Positions 28,133 to 32,000 of a stretch of DNA of 32,000 bases are shown piece by piece. The notes below the pieces were generated by a model, which was given only the letters and a program-made list of their open reading frames with translations, was not told the DNA's origin and searched no databases. Source of the stretch: Archaeoglobus fulgidus DSM 4304 (GTDB lineage: Archaea > Halobacteriota > Archaeoglobi > Archaeoglobales > Archaeoglobaceae); NCBI RefSeq assembly GCF_000008665.1, contig NC_000917.1, positions 180,001-212,000 of the forward strand, in the 5' to 3' direction. How positions within the stretch are numbered: position 1 is the stretch's first letter; each line of letters begins with the position of its first letter. A program made the position numbers and the translations under genes.

Positions 28133-28142
28133 GTATTTAAGC
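28133..28142 (-). promoter_or_regulatory. TATA box of the aromatic operon leader (GCTTAAATAC, preceded by purine-rich BRE GGAAAA)
   Basis: Core centre near 28137, 26 nt from the leader-peptide ATG. Confidence 0.65.
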
Positions 28143-28202
28143 TTTTCCAATTTTTGATTTATCTATCGAAAATTTTTTAAGTTTTAAAAATTGTGAGCCC
28201 TC

Positions 28203-28997
28203 ATGAAAAAAGTAGTTCCAATACTGGTTTTACTGGCCGCTCTGCTTCTGCTCGGTTGCACTCAGCAGGCAGAGCAAAAGGAAGAAAAAGCTCAGATAAA
28301 GCTCGTGGAACCGGGCTATCTGACTGTGGGGAGCGATATAGCCTATCCGCCTTTTGAGTTCACAGACGAGAAGACCGGAGAGTACGCTGGCTTCGACATC
28401 GACCTCATGAAGGAAATTGCAAAGAGGATGGGGCTCGAGGCAAAGTTCGTGAACACTGCATGGGACGGCATCATTCCGGGCCTGCTGGCTCACAAGTACG
28501 ACGTCATCTGCTCTGCGATGACAATCACGGAGGAGAGGGCAAAGCAGGTTGACTTCAGCGACCCGTACTTTGAGGCTAAGCAGGTGATTATCACAAGGGC
28601 CGATGAGACCGACATTCAGGACGTCGAAGACCTCAACGGGAAGGTCGTTGCGGTGCAGCAGGGAACCACGGGAGACTTTGCAGCTCAGAGACTTAAGGAT
28701 GAGAAGGGAATCCAGCTAGAAATAAAGAGGTTTGAAGGCACACCCGAGGCTCTGATGGCTGTACAGAAGGGAGATGCTGATGCTGCCATCATCGACAACT
28801 TCGTAGCCTACATTGCAGCAAAAGAGAATCCTGGACTTTACCGCATTGTCGAGTCCGACGAATTTGCACCCGAGTACTACGGTATTGCTGTGAACAAGGA
28901 TAATCCTGCTCTGCTGGAGAAAATCAATGAAGTTCTCAAGGAAATCAAGGAAGACGGGACCTACGACAAGATTTACAACAAATGGTTTGGAGAGTAA
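28203..28997 (+). CDS. glnH: Polar amino acid (glutamine-type) ABC transporter substrate-binding lipoprotein
   Basis: Lipobox LLLLGC, GYLTVGSDIAYPPFEFTDEKTGEYAGFDIDLMKEIAKRMG. Confidence 0.9.
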   Translation: MKKVVPILVLLAALLLLGCTQQAEQKEEKAQIKLVEPGYLTVGSDIAYPPFEFTDEKTGEYAGFDIDLMKEIAKRMGLEAKFVNTAWDGIIPGLLAHKYDVICSAMTITEERAKQVDFSDPYFEAKQVIITRADETDIQDVEDLNGKVVAVQQGTTGDFAAQRLKDEKGIQLEIKRFEGTPEALMAVQKGDADAAIIDNFVAYIAAKENPGLYRIVESDEFAPEYYGIAVNKDNPALLEKINEVLKEIKEDGTYDKIYNKWFGE

Positions 28998-29005
28998 CAA
29001 AAAAA

Positions 29006-29014
29006 TTTTTTATA
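29006..29014 (+). promoter_or_regulatory. Candidate internal TATA box for glnP
   Basis: TTTTTATAT centred about 27 nt before the glnP ATG (29037) in a 39-nt gap. Confidence 0.4.
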
Positions 29015-29036
29015 TCCCTCCTTTTTTTAAGGCTCA

Positions 29037-29711
29037 ATGGCAGCTATAAACCAGTTCGACATTGACCTATTCATACGGATACTTCCCGACCTCGCATTCG
29101 GGGCGAGCGTGACGCTGAAGCTAACTCTAATCTCCATTTTCTTCGGACTTATCATTGGCACCATTGCCGGCCTTGGAAGGGTTTCAAAAAATCCCCTGCC
29201 CTTCGCAATCTCTACTGCCTACGTGGAGGTAATCAGAGGAACACCTCTGCTCGTGCAGATACTCATCGTCTACTTCGGCCTTCCAGCCATCGGCATCAAC
29301 CTCCAGCCAGAGCCAGCCGGAATAATTGCGCTCAGCATCTGCAGCGGTGCCTACATTGCCGAAATTGTGAGGGCAGGAATAGAGTCGATTCCAATCGGCC
29401 AGATGGAGGCTGCAAGAAGCCTCGGCATGACCTACCTTCAGGCCATGAGGTACGTGATTTTTCCGCAGGCTTTCAGGAACATTCTGCCTGCCTTGGGCAA
29501 CGAGTTCATAGCCCTGCTGAAGGACTCTTCGCTGCTGTCGGTCATCTCCATTGTGGAGCTGACAAGAGTGGGAAGGCAGATAGTCAACACAACCTTCAAC
29601 GCCTGGACTCCCTTCCTCGGGGTGGCTCTCTTCTACCTGATGATGACCATCCCCCTCAGCAGGCTCGTCGCATACTCGCAGAAAAAGCTTGGCACGTATC
29701 AGGTGAAGTAG
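29037..29711 (+). CDS. glnP: Polar amino acid ABC transporter permease
   Basis: TAYVEVIRGTPLLVQILIVYFGLP...EIVRAGIESIPIGQMEAARSLGMTYLQAMRYVIFPQAFRNILPALGNEFIALLKDSSLL (EAA loop). Confidence 0.92.
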   Translation: MAAINQFDIDLFIRILPDLAFGASVTLKLTLISIFFGLIIGTIAGLGRVSKNPLPFAISTAYVEVIRGTPLLVQILIVYFGLPAIGINLQPEPAGIIALSICSGAYIAEIVRAGIESIPIGQMEAARSLGMTYLQAMRYVIFPQAFRNILPALGNEFIALLKDSSLLSVISIVELTRVGRQIVNTTFNAWTPFLGVALFYLMMTIPLSRLVAYSQKKLGTYQVK

Positions 29712-29721
29712 TTACAAGTTT

Positions 29722-29899
29722 GGCCTAAAACAGTAAAGGTTACATGTGGGCCCGGGCATCGAAGATTTTCAAAAGCTCCAACCCACATTCAGAGCTTTTC
29801 TGACGTACCCGACACAGAGCCTTCGGTTTTACCCTCCGGCCCCATGTGTTCCGTCACTCTTCTTTGCCCGGTTTGCCCTGCAACAATAACTGTTTGGCC
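29722..29899. ncRNA. Candidate structured non-coding RNA (nested helices; minus strand favoured)
   Basis: Nested inverted repeats: GGCC..AAACAG / CTGTTTGGCC, CCGGGCA / TGCCCGG, AAAAGCTC / GAGCTTTT, TGACG..ACACA / TGTGT..CGTCA. No protein-coding explanation. Minus-strand TATA TTTTATAT at 29907-29914. Confidence 0.4.
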
Positions 29900-29952
29900 T
29901 GAGGGCATATAAAATTTTTGTTTATTTGTCATGATGAATTTAAGTCCCCCTT

Positions 29953-30562
29953 TTAAGTCCCCTTCAGGATCTTCGAGAGCAGGACGTCGTAATCAGCTCT
30001 GCTGCCGGCGTTTCCGTGTCCCGGGTAAACCCCTGAGAAATTCAACCCTGAAATTTTTCTTACTGATTCGACATACTGGCTGTAGTCGGAGCAGAAGCTT
30101 TTTGGAGAAAGCGATAGTCCTTTCCTGCCCCTCAGCAGGTCTCCGCAGTAAAGGTTTCTCTCATGAAGAATGCAGATAACTGCCGGGAGTGTGGCCGGGT
30201 GTGTGGATGATGGTGGCGTTGATGTTCAGCTTCTCAATGCTTTTCAGATCTTCTGGAGGTTCAGCCCTGAATATTCTCTCCCCAACTCTCGCAAACAAGC
30301 CGAGAAAGCCAGAATACATCATTCTCTTCTCTCCAAGGATAAAGGGGATGTCTTCGCTGTGTACATAGACAGGGCATCCGAACTCTCTCTGCAGAGCGCT
30401 TGCAGCAGCGTAGTGGTCGAAGTGGGCGTGGGTGATGATTATGCCATCAATCTCCTTCAACTGCTTTGAAATTAGCCCTTCATCTGTCCCCGCATCAATC
30501 AGGTATGTGGAATCTCCATCTTTTATGAGATAAACATTGCAGCCCTTTGACTTAAGCTTCAC
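29953..30562 (-). pseudogene. Metallo-beta-lactamase fold hydrolase, interrupted by a single-base frameshift near 30178-30181 (or sequencing error)
   Basis: The first frame has THAHFDHYAA and HTPGHTPGSY then stops at 30161. The shifted frame continues as ICILHERNLYCGDLLRGRKG...GVYPGHGNAGSRADYDVLLSKILKGT*, supplying the missing MBL motifs. Confidence 0.8.
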
Positions 30563-30599
30563 AAAAGAGTGTTATGTTTGAAGTTAAAAAATTTTACAG

Positions 30600-31607
30600 C
30601 TAAAAAACTCTTATACTCTCGATAAACCTCAGCCTTTTCGGCAGTGGCGGGTGTGTTGAAAGGAACTCCTGAATGGGGCTGACTTTCATGTTCTTCAGCG
30701 CTTCAATGTCAGCTCTCGTTATTGGCTCAGCCACCGCATTGGTGAAGGCGTAGATGAAGAGAGTTCTGAACTTGCTGTCCTGGATGGGGGCGAGGTAGTC
30801 GGGGTAGCGGTGGTAGAAGAGGTGTATCTTCGCCAGACTCCTCTGCATTGCATCCTTGTTTGTCGCCCTAACTCCCTCGAAGTCCGCATAGTACTCTCTG
30901 AGCCTGCTGAAGGCGAGAACGAGAATCTGGACTATAAATGAAACTATAACTGCTGCAATGCCAATTGCTGCGAGCTGCGCTCCCCTCCTGTCGTCCCTCA
31001 TTGAGGAGTGGAGCAAGGCGTAACCGAGGTAGAAGATTACTGAGGGCAGCAGGCCGAAGAGGAGCATCACGGCATTGTCCCTGTGCTTGTGGTGGCCGAT
31101 TTCATGACCAATGACTGCCTCAAGCTCCTCCTGGCTGAGCATCCTCATCAGCGACTCTGAAACCGCCACGAACTTTCCCGTCAAAAAGTTTCCGTAGGCG
31201 AAGGCGTTCGGGGGACTTCTCACAACCACCGCCTTTGGCGGCTTTACGTTCAGCCTCCTCGCAACGCTGTTCACAACCATCTGCAGCCTCTCGTCTCTCT
31301 GCGCTCCGTAGCTGAGGTTGATGATGTAGGGGGAAAGCAGGTACATCAGCAGGTTGATTATCAACAGGAAGATTATAAGCCCGTAGAAGCTGATGTAAAC
31401 TCCAGCGTAGGCCAGTATGAGGTAGATTATTGCTGCCGAAATGGCGAGAATCATTCCGGCGAGAAGTACCATTGAGGTGAAGAGCGAGAACTTCCCTGAA
31501 ACTCTGCTGGCCACCTTGGGGGCGATGGTGGAGGCTAAGAGCAGCATTACGAAGTAGCCCAGCACGGCCAGCATCATGTACACGGGGTCGAAGAAGTACA
31601 GCATCAT
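30600..31607 (-). CDS. htpX: HtpX-like M48 family membrane zinc metalloprotease
   Basis: EELEAVIGHEIGHHKHRDNAVM (HExxH), multiple TMs, PPNAFAYG, FLSTHPPLPKRL. Confidence 0.93.
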   Translation of the reverse strand: MMLYFFDPVYMMLAVLGYFVMLLLASTIAPKVASRVSGKFSLFTSMVLLAGMILAISAAIIYLILAYAGVYISFYGLIIFLLIINLLMYLLSPYIINLSYGAQRDERLQMVVNSVARRLNVKPPKAVVVRSPPNAFAYGNFLTGKFVAVSESLMRMLSQEELEAVIGHEIGHHKHRDNAVMLLFGLLPSVIFYLGYALLHSSMRDDRRGAQLAAIGIAAVIVSFIVQILVLAFSRLREYYADFEGVRATNKDAMQRSLAKIHLFYHRYPDYLAPIQDSKFRTLFIYAFTNAVAEPITRADIEALKNMKVSPIQEFLSTHPPLPKRLRFIESIRVF

Positions 31608-31728
31608 GTTGGTTTATAGGCTGCTGCGGTATTTATAGTTTAAAAGGTGTCCGCTAATTTCAAATCCCCAGTCTCCCATAAACAGCACAACCAAAAACAA
31701 TAAAAACAACTTCTCGAACATATGTTCG

Positions 31729-31872
31729 ATGAAGCTGCTTGAAGGAATTGTGGTTATTGCTGCCATGCTGGTTCCGTTTGTTGCGATAAGAAGCCATGAC
31801 ATGACCACTTACCTTTACTGGACTGCTGTAACTGCTGCATACCTTACATACTTGACGATTAAGAGGTGGTGA
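31729..31872 (+). CDS. Small membrane protein (47 aa), candidate accessory subunit of the downstream Na+/solute symporter
   Basis: MKLLEGIVVIAAMLVPFVAIRSHDMTTYLYWTAVTAAYLTYLTIKRW*, below the 60-aa ORF-track cutoff. Immediately precedes the symporter ORF. Confidence 0.7.
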   Translation: MKLLEGIVVIAAMLVPFVAIRSHDMTTYLYWTAVTAAYLTYLTIKRW

Positions 31873-31874
31873 AG

Positions 31875-32000
31875 TTGATCGAGTTTCTTTACGCCTTTAT
31901 AGGTTACATAATCATCGGAACTGCCATTGCAATAATGGCGATGAAGGGGCTGAGAACGCAGGAGGAGTACTACATAGCTGGCAGAAAAGTTAGCGGTGTC
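31875..32000 (+). CDS. N terminus of sodium:solute symporter (SSF) family protein, truncated by window
   Basis: (TTG start) IEFLYAFIGYIIIGTAIAIMAMKGLRTQEEYYIAGRKVSGV: the EEYYxAGRxxxG motif of SSF transporters. Confidence 0.8.
   Translation, partial: MIEFLYAFIGYIIIGTAIAIMAMKGLRTQEEYYIAGRKVSGV

Noticed and set aside
29722-29899. Identification of the structured region as tRNA, RNase P RNA or C/D box RNA
   Set aside because: No cloverleaf or T-arm, no GGAAAGUCC-like RNase P core, and C-box-like ATGATGA at 29931 lacks a properly spaced CUGA partner. Left as unnamed.
29931-30179. 82-aa plus-strand ORF with a good upstream TATA (TATAAA at 29908-29913)
   Set aside because: Its sequence is the antisense of the frameshifted MBL 3' end and looks non-protein-like. 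The TATA can instead serve the minus-strand RNA candidate.
31614-31808. 64-aa minus-strand ORF beside htpX
   Set aside because: Overlaps the better supported small membrane protein and symporter leader on the plus strand.
1-32000. CRISPR array, defence island, prophage, transposon or integron
   Set aside because: No regularly spaced repeats of array type, no cas, transposase, integrase or toxin-antitoxin genes. All sizeable ORFs fit housekeeping or transport roles.

Overview
This 32 kb window is archaeal chromosome, almost certainly Archaeoglobus fulgidus or a very close relative. I recognise the gene order and proteins (Csl4-RpoL, PycA, and a TyrA-AroQ-PheA fusion). It is mostly ordinary core and metabolic sequence: a DUF35-type OB/Zn-ribbon protein (cut by the left edge), DUF116, a METTL5-like methyltransferase, exosome Csl4, RNAP subunit L, a membrane histidine kinase, a UbiD-family decarboxylase, DUF2070, a 4xCBS protein, HisD, a TrmB-like regulator divergent from a secreted COG1361/CARDB-type protein, NAC, TrmI, a LeuA/TrkA-N/CPA2-antiporter gene string, biotin carboxylase PycA, a split LivFG/LivK-LivHM transporter, a nitroreductase, an archaeal aromatic operon (aroA'-aroB'-aroD-tyrA/aroQ/pheA), GlnH/GlnP, a frameshifted metallo-beta-lactamase gene, HtpX, and the start of a Na+/solute symporter preceded by an unannotated 47-aa membrane protein. 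No CRISPR array, IS element, rRNA or tRNA was recognised. The most interesting signal is an uncalled 24-codon ORF (28037..28111, minus strand) upstream of the aromatic operon. It encodes MHGVAKTRVFGFYFRFSFGYWFSF (10 aromatic residues). Its ATG lies 26 nt downstream of a TATA box, and a 9-bp inverted repeat spans its codons. This looks like a ribosome-sensing leader peptide or attenuator in an archaeon. Other leads are a structured-RNA candidate at 29722..29899, two divergent leaderless gene pairs that seem to share a single TATA box (20149/20202 and 10125/10179), an operator-like palindrome at the TrmB-type regulator start, a 12-bp direct repeat between leuA and pycA, and single-base frameshifts in livK and in the MBL gene.
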